Of a DNA stretch of 64,000 nucleotides, positions 1-12,928 are shown piece by piece; the first letter of the stretch is position 1, and each line of letters begins with the position of its first letter. The notes under the pieces are model-generated. The model was not told the DNA's origin and ran no database searches. It saw nothing but the letters and a program-made list of their open reading frames with translations. This stretch comes from Phoronis australis (lineage: Eukaryota; Animalia; Phoronida). Position numbers and translations under genes: made by a program. The DNA lies in assembly GCA_002633005.1 (NCBI GenBank), contig NMRA01000165.1, positions 501,541 to 565,540 on the forward strand, read 5' to 3'.

Positions 1-3000
1 CACCTATGCTGTAATTATTTATAGCATTTCTATGTAATGGGATTACCCCTAACCACTGACTGTTATCCATTGTATCCTGATTGACTTTCTAGATAGATCA
101 TAGTGAAAAATGGGTCATGTTATATACACTTACAGGTAACCAGGCAAGTCTTTTCCTCATTGAATAAAATTTAAAGGTGTGTTATTTATTTCCTGAGGTC
201 AGCTGATTTATAATCAACATAAGGTTTCATTGATTTCTCAGCCTCGGAGTTTCCCAGAAAGAAAAAGTATCCTTGCAACTACCGGTAATGTCAAATCAAG
301 ACTACTGGTCTACCATAGATTTTATACAGTCAGAATTTTTTCTGAGGTAGCAACTCCAATTAAGGTTACAAATAACCTTAGAAAAGTCTTCAAATTTGTC
401 TTACATTGAAACCACATCTCAGAAATGACTGATCAGTTTCAAATGAAGTTTTTAGATATTATGATTACGCACTTTTCCCTAAAGTAAAGTAAAATTTCAA
501 AAATTTAGGACAAAATATGGCGCACAGGTGAACTATATTTTCTAATCATTTCATAAATGTTATACAGTACCAGAATTATACTGCTTTGTCATATTCAAGT
601 TGGGTACCGTAGATACCAGCAGACAATATTTTGAAATTTCGTGGGCAATCACAACAACGGAAGAGCCAAAAGTTCTTGAAAAATAATGCAATTTTGGCAA
701 TTATTATTTTTGTTCAAAATTGGTGAGATTGTACAGTACATTATGACTTGCAGCTGGTGTACATAATCAGTAACACAGATGAAATACCTCATATGTTATG
801 AATTGTTGCTGAAATGCGTCGTTTTCCAAATATATTGTCAAATTTTAGAACGTTTAGGATGTCCAAGGAGAAAACAAAAATGACAGACAATATTAAAAAA
901 TTGAATGAATGCTTAAAAAACATAAAATATGTCAACATCAGTCAGGTTATTACACCTATAGTTTTGCTGTGAACTTTTTTTATTTTTCTAGTATAAAATC
1001 AAAAATCAAATTCTGCACTCTCTACTTTCCAAAAAAACATGAACATTTCTTATTTGGCTAAAGACATAGACTTGGTGACACAGTAATTTATAACTTTTAC
1101 AACAGTTGGTAGAATATAAAAAAGAATGTAAGTAAGAAACTTTCAGATATATCACAAATTCTTCAATTATTATCGAGCATTTTAACTGTTCTTGTATTTT
1201 TGGTTTACATGAGTTGAAGCGTTTCAGAGTTACAAATCAAATTTCATAGTTGTGTCTAAACCAGACATTTCATTGAGTGTCATATGTACCCAGTGGCCTC
1301 CACAGATTAATAAAAAATACCTCTAATGTATAACATGGCTATTGAAAAGTCATGAATTCAAACACATTGACAAATTAATACTTCAACTAGTTAATAAGAC
1401 CTAATTCTTCCATTTCACAATATCACAAGTGCAATGTTATTTTCTAGATTTTACATAATTTACCAAAATGCCATATTCAAGTTCTGAACCACAGCTACCA
1501 ACAGAGAGTATCTTGAATATTGTGGGTATTCACAACAATTGTAAGAAGACATCAAAAAATGAAAAGTAAGATTTTGGAAACTATTTTTGCACCGACATTT
1601 TATCATAGCATTCTGGGAAATAATGGTTTAAAACAAGAAATTAGAGATCAAATTATGCGCAAACAAAATTAAAAACAAATCGACCTTTCTACTATCCTTA
1701 TCAGCTTATGTTGGTAGTGACTCTTCAGTGAAGTATTTCCCATAACATGTACCCTCTTATCAAACCCCACTCAATGATTCCAAATCAAGAACACCAGTAC
1801 TTCATGTGTTCCAATGATTCACGGCTTTGTTAACAAAATGTCAAATATTCCTTCTGCTTTAGATGGACTTTTCAACCTTGTACCAAGTGACCCCTCAAAA
1901 CAGCTGATAAACTAAACAACTTCCCAGAATAGCTGGACAGTGCAGAATCCCAATGACAGCTACAAAAACAAACTTAAAACATGGGGTTAGGAGTTCACCT
2001 GATGCGCTCAGTGACAACACTCAGCAATATCAGCATCAATATGAATTTTGATCAGCTATACTTGAGGTAAATTATCAGTTAGTGCTCAGGTTGTTTATCA
2101 TGAATAATGTTATTATGCACTCAGAGCCAGGCACACAATACACACAGACACAGGGCAAACATGGGCTCAATGTCCTAGATTGATAACAAATTGGGCACTT
2201 AGTCTGTTATTCACAAGTGCTCACTAAAGAAAAGGTCTGCACAACTAAACAACTGAACACAGTGATGTTGGAAAAGAATCCATCAAATAGTACAGACATG
2301 GCTTAGTGTTTAACAGAGAAATTGTTTGACAGTCAAATCAATATGGGATCATGGAGCATCAAAATGATATTACACGTAATTTGAAAATGCACACTTAAGC
2401 TTAGATATAACTCTTTTAACGACTTTTAAATCAGAAAATCAATCGTCACTTCGTACTTGACACATTCTTGTTTTGACTGGAGCATGAATGCCAACCTCGC
2501 AGGACATTTTACAAAAAAGAATTTATCAAATAATGTCTAAATATCAATAAGATGTCACCAATTTGTGCTACTTTACACGAGCACTAATTAGCTAATGTTA
2601 ATTAGCAATGGTGACAATGATAATGGTAAAAGCAAACAATAATTTTAGAGTTCTTCACAACTGCTGTTGAGCACATTCTCTCTAAGAAATTTTGAAAAAT
2701 CATGTGAAATTGCCCTAGCCAGGCCATGAAATTTTTGGTTTAACAGTACACATCAAAAATAATCCCATCATGGCCATAGACTGTAAACGGAATTCCCCCG
2801 CATGACAACTGTGAAGTGGAATTTGTGTCAGAGAAGCTAGAACCACAAGTCATGACAGGTCATTACTGGTACCATTATGATGATGGGTTGACAAAAATTG
2901 TACTGGGATTACAGTGTATTTATGGCAAGTGCATCAAAAATTTCCCTTTTAAAAGGCAAAGGTACCTTTTTCCTAAAATGATATAGGTGACCCTGCGGGG

Positions 3001-3023
3001 TTGACAGACAAGACATTTCTTAC

Positions 3024-4668
3024 CTTTTCGAGAGATGCGTCTGCGCAATGTTGATCCACCCTTGCGTAACTGTTTGAGAAGGTTCTCAAAGGCATTTTCC
3101 TCCTGTTTCTTCTTGTGCTGGTGCTTCGTCTTTAAAATGACTCCCTTCTTGGCGTCGTCACTGTGACTGTCCTCCAGCAATTTGGGGTCATTGAGACCCT
3201 GCTGCTTCAACTTTTCCACTTCATCCGTGCTACTAGACTTCTTCCAAAACTTCCAGATCGATGATTTCTTCTTTTTTTTGAACACAGGCTTTTGCTTAAC
3301 AGCATAAAAATCTGCAGAGTTAACACTGCTCGGGCGTTCTAATTTCCGCCGATAGCTCATCCGAAGCCTTTCCATAGCCCGCTTAAAGCCTGTTTTCTTT
3401 TTCCTTTTCCCATCCTCTGAAACTTTTGGTTCATGATAGTCATCACTAGATATAGAGGAGGTGGACGAAGACCTCGACTTTGTCTGTTCCAGTGAATCAA
3501 GTTGGCTATCTCGACTTCCCCTTCTAGCACCATTAACCTTTTGTTCTTGTTTCCAGTTTTGATACGATGGTGCAGATATTGTCATCGACTTTTTCACAGG
3601 TGAGGACACCTTATGCTCTTTCTCCACGGTTGCAGCAATTTTGACCACGGGTTTAGGTTTCTGACCTTTCTTTTTGATTTCCTTCACAGAATTTTTTGAT
3701 TTGGATGACCGTTCTTTTAAGTATTGGTCGTAACTAGCAGTAGAAATGGTGTCAGCTTTTGTCAAAGTACTTGGACCAACAGTTTGTATGCCGAGACGTT
3801 CTGAGCCATGCTGTGAACCAGTGGAAGTCTCACAAAGCATATCCAACGATTTCTGTTTGTTTTTGATTTTTTGTTGCTTTCCCTTCTGATGCTTTGATGG
3901 CAATTCAACGTCAATATCATTAACAACAGAGAACTCTGTTTGAGCAATACAGGCACTCTTTGGTCTAAATAGTGGTAAAGAGAGCTGAGATGAGGACTTC
4001 GATTGTTTGGAGTCATCAGACACCAATGTGGTGTCGGCCTTCAGAGTTTCCTCAGACTTTGAGCTCACAGAGCCTGGTGACAGCATGGCTGATTGACGAA
4101 CCCATACATCTTCGTCAGGTGTGGGCAGACTATCCTTTCTCACTGGGTCTGTAAGAACCTTCTTCAAAGCATAAGGCTGATCTTCATTTCCCTGCCTAGC
4201 ACCATCCAACAGCCCTGTCCCTACTGGTACATCATGTGACGGCTTAACAGGAGTGACCACAGGTGTCCTAGGGGTGACCACAGCTGCTTTGGAGGTAGAC
4301 CTTGGCCCGTCCTCCTCAATTATGTCCAACTCACCCTCATAATCCTGGTACACCTTCTGCATGGGTGTAGCATCATTTAAACTGAGGCTACGCTCCAAGA
4401 ACTTTTCCAGCACTTTTCGAGCATCCTGTCTAATCTTGCTACGGCTCACCTTGCCATGTGCACTCTGGTTTCGGCGAGGAGCCAGTTGGTCCACAGGGGA
4501 CCGTGCAGGGGGCATCGTCTGAAACCCCCGCATCTCCTTGGGGACTGTTTCAATACTCGTCATCTCCTTCAATTTTTCTTCATCTTCAATTTTCCTTAGT
4601 CTGGAATGAGAATTTCCAATTAGGTCTGACATGAATGATTTTATGCCAAGACATTTACCATTCTGCAT
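3024..4668 (-). CDS. Large coding exon of an uncharacterised Lys/Ser-rich protein; gene continues beyond the left edge; possible BCL2L12/BCL2L14 (Bcl-G)-like
   Basis: 582-codon ORF in AT-rich DNA. A strong donor (AAG|GTAAGA) after ...RRRISRKG at 3024/3023 indicates that the last ~34 ORF codons are intronic. Segment IRQDARKVLEKFLERSLSL resembles from memory the N-terminal helix of BCL2L12/14-like proteins. Coding status is well supported; identity and start codon are tentative. Confidence 0.8.
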
Positions 4669-6239
4669 GATTAATCACCCCCACAAACTTAAATACAAAT
4701 GTTTCATTCTCTCGTCATGATTTTCTGGTTATCGTAGCTAGACTTTTTTTGGTGTTCCGAGCATTGTACCACACCATGCAATTGCACAGAATTGTTGTTT
4801 TGGATAAGACACCAATAAAATAATATCTATAGATAACCAGAAGCACAAAAACAAGGATGGAAAAGAGCCTGATTAATATAATGCTATGTTTCACAAAAGC
4901 ACAGTTATAGTACATCTCTCCATAAGCCAAGCAGCCATGGCAAAACCAGACAGTTGATTCCTCATCCTTCATTAACAAATCAATACATCCACACTTCAGC
5001 TTTTGGTCAGTAAAGACACAATTACAATATCATGACAATTTCAAATAGAGGGCATGAGTAACCTGGTCGTTGACCTAGTAAACATTGCATAATGTCAAAT
5101 GACAGCCCAAGGACTGCGTGGGTCTTTCCCAGACAATTTAATGGGTACGGTCACAACAACTATGTTACAGTTACACACTGGAAACTCTAATCAACTATAG
5201 AACAGGTATCTTGACTAAAAGGGTATTTTCACAAGTTCGTAAGAAAGAAACTTTAAAAAAATTTAATCATGCCATGAACAATCCTTGAAAATGAACACAC
5301 TCATTTTATTCCTGAATTCAAAATCAATACATGATTCCCAAACAACATAGCAAATGATTACTTGAAACAGTCGTAAATGTAACCTAATTGATGGCCATCA
5401 ACATATTTCAGAAGCTTAGACCCGATTGATTTCACAACACATTTACAAAACAGATAAACATGCTTTAAATCATAAGTTTACAATTAAAAAGTATAATTGT
5501 AACTTACATGTTACACAATGTTCAGCACAATCCACAAAATAATAGAATATTGATTGGCTCAGTACTTGTTCAAACATGTCTGATTGCCAGGTGCTTAAAC
5601 AATGGGAAATACCTGGAATAATATTGAGTCATACCCACTTCGGTCGCTCAGAATCACTCAAGGTTGCACCAATATTATGAAATCTCATAAGTGTCATATG
5701 GCCAAGAAAGATTTACAACTCAAAAATTGGAGCAACATTCTATTTAGAGTTTCCATGACAATATGATTACGAGTGACATTGAAATTGAGCCTAAGAGACC
5801 ACATCCTGTAGAAATGCACAGGCTGCATACTCAACGACATTCATAAAACCTCTGCCAAACTACACAAAAAGTAAAATTAGAACTACTGGTAGTATTAGTA
5901 ACTATTAGTTAGCCAACTCACATAGTTTTCACGACATCTGAAGTGAACAGACTGCTGCCTCGAATACTGGCTAAAGAGCACGTGGACTGCCTATCTGGAT
6001 TCCTCACTTCTGGAGAAATGCCCATCTTTATATGCACACCAAAAGATTACAGCAAAAGTTACTCGTCCAGTTATCGTCAAGTATACTACTCCAGCACGAT
6101 GGTAAACAACCGTGGGAAACTTGGAAAGCTAACTACAACAGGTAGGCCTATGTCTATACACAAACAGTTTCAAATTTCAACACAGTAAAATTTTCAACAC
6201 CAGTGTCATGCTGTATGGATTATGAAAGGAATACAAAGT

Positions 6240-6584
6240 CAGTTACCCTTATATACTTGTCATGCGCATATCTGCGGAATGTAAACAGAAACGAACGTAG
6301 GCAACTGCGATGACTCAACTTGGACCTCGGACTTCCCAAAAACTAAAGCGATATCTCGCGCATATTCCGAGAACTAGTCAAGTGGTCATGTAAAAACGTA
6401 TGAATATTTAACTTCATAGAAACTTTAAAATTATTAAAAATTCCAATAGGCATAAAAATTATGTAAATACTATAACTCATATTTTTATAACTAAAATATC
6501 CTGTTAGATAAGCAAAGAAATAACATATAACCATAATATTCGTTATAAATTACAAGAGGTGTGGGTATTAGTAAATAGGTCATC
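6240..6584. promoter_or_regulatory. Probable promoter of MRPL23, possibly bidirectional with the minus-strand gene
   Basis: Local CpG retention between head-to-head genes. NRF1-like CATGCGCAT at ~6261 and TCTCGCGCA at ~6354. Inferred from position and motifs only. Confidence 0.45.
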
Positions 6585-6613
6585 ATGGCGAACGTTGGTA
6601 CAACGGGAATAAT
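6585..6613 (+). CDS. MRPL23: Mitochondrial ribosomal protein uL23m, exon 1
   Basis: Kozak-like catcATGG; encodes MANVGTTGI plus AT, followed by donor GTGAGT. Phase 2 matches the acceptor at 15256. Lies beside a CpG-containing promoter-like region. Confidence 0.75.
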
Positions 6614-6760
6614 GTGAGTGTCTTTTATAAAATATTTGAGATCAGGCTTTAGTCTTGTTGATTCTCAGTTGCATGTGCATTTCAGACTTTTGTATTTGTT
6701 TATATTTCACTTATCAGTGGCTCTCTTTGGGTTGTAATTGCACAGGTCTCACTTGCCAGT

Positions 6761-8212
6761 CACAGGCGTCCTCAGCTTCTGATCGTCCCCAGCCCAATTC
6801 AATTGGCAATACACTACAACATGTATAATACTACAAGGTATGACACTCGGGTGACTCCGGAGTTGAAATTCCACGGGTGCTTCACTTCAGCCGTCCATAG
6901 CAAACACAAATCTCAATGAATTTAAACAAAGCAGAGGTTCTACAAACTGTGAGGAATTGTTCTTTCTCCCAATACCATTTACGCCAGATTTACGGAATTA
7001 CGGTTTCCTGCTCCACCGAGTTCGCAAGAAATTCGCGGTCAGAGCACAAAAATGTTCCCAAAAAGCCCACGCATCGAGCCTCCTTGGACGGTTCGAGGTC
7101 AAGGACTTTACGACAGTCACGACATCGATAACTCCACCCAAAGCCAGACCATTCGTAAGACGTAACTCTGATGAACCGGCAATTGCCATACATCTGTAAC
7201 TCATATTAATAATTCCATATCGTCCTTGACCTCGAACCGTCCAAGGAGGCTCAATGCGTGGGCTTTTTGGGAACATTTTTGTGCTTTGACCATGAATTTC
7301 TCGGTGGAGCAGGATACTGTAAATGGTATTGGGAGAAAGGGCACTAGTCGGATATAATGGACCCTAACTTATTCCAAATAAATCCACTAAATGTGGGTCT
7401 AAATGAATAATTTTGATATCGTTGCATTCCTCAGACATCTGGCTATTTGTACATATCCACCTCACGACCCTCAATTACTCCGTTATATAACTACGTTATT
7501 CCGAACTCGGTCCACTTTAGCCACACGCATTGTGAAATTGGCAGCCATTTCAGGGAACTTACCTAGCACCATCTATCGGCAATCTGCTACAACACGCGCT
7601 GTTCCTTTTTCATTAACGTCATCGTTATTAATCATCGTTGTCTGCTCTAGTCATCCTCTCTTGCCATCTTATCTGTCATCGTCATGTTATTGTCGTCCAT
7701 GAGACGCGTACGATGACGTTAATAATTGACGAAATCGACCAATGACGTTGACTGATGAAAAAGGAACAGCGCGTGTTGTAGCAGATTGCCGATAGATGGC
7801 GCTAGGTATAGCAAGTTCCTTGAAATGGCTGCCGATATCACAATGCACATGGCTAAAGTGGACCGAGTTTGGAATAGCGTAGTTATAGAACGGAGTAATT
7901 GAGGGTCGTGAGGTGGTTATGTACGAATAGCCAGATCTCTGAGGAATGTAACGATATCAAAATCATTTATTTAGACCTACATTTAGTGGATTTATTTGTA
8001 ATAAGTTAGGGTCCATGATATCTGACTAGTGCCGGGAGAAAGAACAATTCCTCACGGTTTGTTGAACCTCTGTTTTGTTTAAATTTATTAAGATTTGTGT
8101 TTGCTATGGACGGCTAAAGTGAAGCACCCATGGAATTTCTGGTCGGGAGTGTCATACCTTGTAGTCTAATATATAGTGTATTGGGGACGATCAGAAGCTG
8201 AGGACGCCTGTG
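6761..8212. mobile_element. Foldback (long inverted repeat) element in MRPL23 intron 1, interrupted by a nested insertion
   Basis: Left arm 6761-7106 is the reverse complement of 7222-7339 plus 8043-8212 (e.g. CACAGGCGTCCTCAGCTTCTGATCGTCCCC vs GGGGACGATCAGAAGCTGAGGACGCCTGTG). No TSD resolved. Confidence 0.8.
7340..8033. mobile_element. Non-autonomous MULE/Mutator-like foldback MITE
   Basis: ~280-bp TIRs (GGCACTAGTC...GACTAGTGCC) flanked by an exact 9-bp TSD GGGAGAAAG at 7331-7339 and 8034-8042. Confidence 0.88.
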
Positions 8213-9242
8213 TAGCAAGCCATCTGTGTCAGTGTCACAGGCGCTCGAATTTCTCGGTGACTCATAACCATATATAAGAAACATGAAGGTTGGACACTAA
8301 AAATTTGCCGAGCCGAGGGTCCCAACTTCAACTGTCCCAAATCCAAATAAAATCTGGGTGCATCTCCCTCAGACTGGTATTGCATAAACCTTCGAAGCCT
8401 TATCTTTCCTTGATCCCATTAAATTATCCCTGCGAGTGGTGAATTGGCGAGGAAGTTTTCAAAAGTTCAAGACACTCAAAACTATGAATTCAAGGACCTA
8501 AAATAGTTAACATAGCGGATTTCAGTTGTGCTTTAACTTGTGAGCCTGTCGAAGATAAAATTTCAAGTTTGAGCACGCAACCACTACGTCAAAGTTAAGA
8601 AATTTATCCCCAATTTCAATGATTGAGGTTACTAAAAATCCTTTCATTTCTGCGTAATGTGTTTCTCCTTATAGCTCATTTTATCACTTAACATAGAATT
8701 CATTTGCAAGAAGGGGCGTATCTTATGTTTGATGTTTTACCGCAATTGCCAGATTTTGCAGTAGGCCAGCGCTTGTAGCCATCAACCCTAGTACTTCAAT
8801 TATAAACAACGCTTTTTCATAACCAGTGTTTAACTACATTCAAATTGATGCTAAATTATGTGAAAGGCACTCAAATAACATTCGTGGGCGCGCGAAAACA
8901 GAGCTTCGGAATTGCTTCGGGAGCGTCCGCCAAAAACCCGGATGCTCGAAAGTCGTCTGCCGTGAATGTCTTACGTCACGAAATAAGGTCCTTGAATTTG
9001 TGATTTTGGCCTTTATTCGTCATTTTTGTCATCAAATCAGCACTCGAAGGCAATTTGAAGTGATCAAGTGAAAGAAGGTATTCAAATATTTGTTTGATGC
9101 CGATACCATAGAGTTCCATGCACATTTGAATAGAAAATTCTTACCAAACAGATTTTGAGTGTCTAACCATTATGTTTTCTTAGTAGTGATTGATGTTAGT
9201 CGTGATCGAGAAACAGATATACTCAAGCGCCTATGGTCAGTG

Positions 9243-10038
9243 CAGGGCTTCATCTAGGATTTCGAACATAGGGTGTCCAAAATGGGGTTCCCAATATTCC
9301 AGGACGTCCATGATTCCAACGCTGCATTACCCCCCCCCCTCCCCCCNNNNNNNNACAGATATTGGTTGAACGATGAGTGCACTGTTTTTGCTCATCTCAA
9401 GTCAAATTCTGTTATAAAGTTTATTATATCAACTTCACTAGCTTTATATTCTGTACAATGAGTCATCAAAGCTGCAGTTACCAACAAAAGAAAAATGCAC
9501 AGATGATGTGTGGTTTATATTTTGACAACAGGTGTCACTGCTGCTCCATTTTAGACGCACATAGAAAAGCATGAAACAGGCGAAAACTCAAACATTTTAA
9601 ATGGGCATATTCTTGCAGCACATCATATTATTAAAATAATGACATTTATTTTGCTTTTGGTATTTTTAAAAAAGATGAAGTACATGAAATTACAGCTCTG
9701 AAACACCAGTTTGGAGTTAAGCAAGGTCCATGTCCCTATATAAACTACAGAATGTGAGTAGCATGTGAGTCTATTGAAAGCAGACACTCTGGCAACCAAC
9801 CACGTGCTAATGATTGACAGGTCTACCAAATAGTTTAAATATTGCAACATTTTAAATACTTTGTATATTTCTTTCCAAGTTGAAAGGGCCAACTTCCAGC
9901 TTTGATTAACTGGGAGTCTTAGTAATCTTTCAATGTTGGTGTCCAAACTGGAAAAATTCTGATTGACAGGGCGTCCAAATGATACATTGGGCGTCCTTGC
10001 CAGGGCGTCTACATTAGTGTACGCTGCATGAAGGCCTG
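9243..10038. mobile_element. Non-autonomous hAT-like element
   Basis: Imperfect 14-bp TIRs CAGGGCTTCATCTA / TGCATGAAGGCCTG with exact 8-bp TSD GGTCAGTG (9235-9242, 10039-10046). Contains an N gap at 9347-9354, so the true length is uncertain. Confidence 0.82.
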
Positions 10039-10072
10039 GGTCAGTGTTTGACACAGGCGTCTTTAAGTTTAA

Positions 10073-12928
10073 GGAGAATGCCACCCAAAAGACAACCTAT
10101 TTTGTATTAATTTAGATCGAGTAGTTCCACTCGATAACAGCAAGTACGATTCTTTTACATGACACCTGTCGGCAGACGGAGGTGTTAAAATTAACCAATG
10201 ACGTCAGAGGTTCGAACCCAGTCTGTTCCACAGCTCTCAACACAGTTATTGGTGTCAGCTTATCGGTTGCATTCAGCGTTTTACACCAATAAATCAACAA
10301 AATTGGATGTAAAACCCTTACAAATACATTGAGTTATTGAACAAATGTGTTGTTTACTACAGTTTATGGTCGGGTAATTACACTTAACTGGGTCTTGCTC
10401 GCATCGGGCAATGCGGTCATCGCAGTTGTACCTGATTCTGGTGCTACGCTCTCTTTGATCCTGGTACAAGCCGCTTAGAAGGACGAGCAGTGAAAATTCC
10501 CGCATATCTTTAGAAATGCGTGATTTCCTTGTAAGCGTGTTGTTCATGGTATGTGCCCGGTCAGTTAGTTTATTGCATCTTTGTTTCAGTTTTATATAAA
10601 CATTGGTTAGGGTGAGAATAATTCATTTTGAAACAGAGCACACAATAATAAACGTCAACTGTGGCCACTCGCAATCCCAACTTAGACGAGTGCTCATCCG
10701 ACGAAGATTTCACAGGTCGATCGATAGGTTTCATAAGCTATCAGTTCGAACCGGAATTCGCTGATCAAGAAATACAAAAGAGGCGCTGTGAACTTGCACA
10801 GACGACGGAACATATGGATAGTTCCGAAAACTGAGTTTTTGAATGATTTGTCGTGGTGTCAGTGTGCTAACTGCACCATAATGGAAACAACTGACGTAAT
10901 TGGTTCGAACGCAGTCTGTTCAGCCATTCACAACACGCTTACTGGTGTCAACTTATCGCTTGAATCCATCGTTTTACGCAAATAAATCATCAAAATTCGA
11001 TGTAAACCCCTTACAAATACATCAAGTTCTTGAACAAACGTGTTCTTTTATTTCACTGTTACGGATTTATAGGCATTTGAATGTACCGTAGCCTTCAGAG
11101 TTCGGTAGTAGGCCCGGCAATTTACCATGGTCGATCGCGGGAGTTTGGGTCTGTTTGGTGATAAATTCGAATCATTCTTCTGTGAAATACAGACGGGCGA
11201 ACATAGCTGTGTGTTGCTCTGTTAGACTTGCGATTTTTTAAGTACTAAACAAACAAAATGCTTGTTACTCCCGCCAGTGGCTTGTAACCTGACCAGGCCC
11301 GTCACGGCCGCCTAGACTGGACATCATGAACATAAAATAGCTTAAGTTGGAAACTAAACCTCTAGTCACAAAAAAGACTATAATAGTGAGCCAAAGAAAT
11401 AATGTGCACATAATTAGTTAAGTGAATTAGCCACAAAACTGAAAATCTACTTACTTGTCGGGGGTGGCGATCTGTCAGGTTCCCCTTCCACAGAACCGTC
11501 GGGGCAAAGGTACCAAATAAGTAACAATGATTTGAGTAATGTATTTGTATTAGATAAAGGTTCCCCTAACATGTGACCATAGCATATAAAATCGAGTTAT
11601 TGTTTCACGAAAGCTGTCTGTCAGCAAATGCTGAATTAGCAGCGTCGTGTGCTCACACGGCCTCGGTGCCCTGTCAATTACCTTTATTGCACCTAAAGCT
11701 GGTGACGATGCAGCGGTTTATTCACTGCTGGCTTCTCAAAACATTTGCACTCACGAATACTCCAGAGGCATTACAAATTGTATCTAATGAGACAGACTTT
11801 GTTTCAGTTTTATATAAGCATTGGTTAGGGTGAGAATAATTCGTTTTAAAACTCAATGCAGAATAATAAACATCTACATGGCAACTCGCCTGACGCCAAT
11901 CCCGACTTAGTCGAGAGCTCATCCAACAAAGACTTCACGGGTCGGATTGTTAGGTTTCACAGGCTATCAGTTCGAACCGGAATACACTGATCAAGAAATA
12001 CTAGAGAGGCACCGTGAACATGCACAGGCAAAGGAACGTATGGATAGTTCTTTGGTAAGCAGGAATTCATCAGAGAAATCACTGTCGGCCTCATACTTGC
12101 TATTAGCAGCGCACTGACAGAAGTTGGAATTGTTCGGCAAAAATTGGGCAAGATCGGTGAAATTTGTGTGTGTCACCAGGCTATGCGGTCATCTGCATTT
12201 TATGTTCATCCGTCAGTCACTGGTGGGAAGAATAATGCAGTAGGGATTGAATGTACATACGTCTGCAGTGGAAATTAGCGAAGCGCGTGGAAAAATGGTG
12301 CTGTTACAGCTGTACAACCTTTTTTATGTAATTTTCCCAAGTCAATGATTTTGTTTACAATTCTGGCGACCTCAGATTTCGTTCGGCGATGAAAACTGAC
12401 AACTTTTTTATTAGACAATGACCATCGTCTGTATCCAGAATAGAAACGATGATCATTATCTACTTTTTTATAACCTCCTGCACTTAATATTTAATAAAAA
12501 AATTGTTTTTATCATTTCTGAAGGAAGGTATTGAAAATGCAGCAAAGTACCTGCCACTAATGGTATTTTGCACGATAATTTTCAAAATTATGATTTCAAA
12601 ACTTTAGGAAGAATGGAAGCTTAGCTCAGGCCTAACACGGATTTAAATATTCATAACTTGGCATATTGTGGATTTGTGTTCCAGTGAAACTGAAATAGTG
12701 TCTGATAGGTCTACATGAAGTGTTTTAACATTTTATATCTACAGGTTATTATTTTAATTGGATGTAATGGTCACAATTTTAAGAAGTAACAAAGGATTGA
12801 AATGTGACCTACAGGACAACTTCAAATATTGTTCGCTTCATTAGTATTTGTCATAGAGCCCTGAACATTCTCAACAATGTTTTCCTAGCAGTATGAATTT
12901 ATGAAATTGAAAAATATTTGGGTAACAT
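10073..12928. mobile_element. Degenerate Kolobok-like DNA transposon relic with internal duplications
   Basis: TTAA|GGAGAATGCCACCCAAA at left and TTTGGGTAACAT|TTAA at right (imperfect). Broken frames SSDEDF..ISYQFEPEF..., LNDLSWCQCANCTIMET and a second GYQFEPEY; weak THAP-like remnant on the minus strand. Diverged direct repeats 10198-10370/10892-11065 and 10580-10825/11798-12050. Confidence 0.5.

Noticed and set aside
2920-3023. C-terminal 34 codons of the 582-aa ORF
   Set aside because: They follow a consensus AAG|GTAAGA donor and change composition, so they are most likely intron read-through.
6916-7702. Several overlapping short ORFs
   Set aside because: They fall in palindromic foldback elements and show no transposase motifs.
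9623-10084. 153-aa minus-strand ORF overlapping the hAT-like element
   Set aside because: It crosses the element boundary and shows no hAT transposase motifs.
10205-10225. GGTTCGAACCC B-box-like motif suggesting a tRNA or SINE
   Set aside because: No cloverleaf or suitably placed A-box was found; it lies within the transposon relic's duplicated block.
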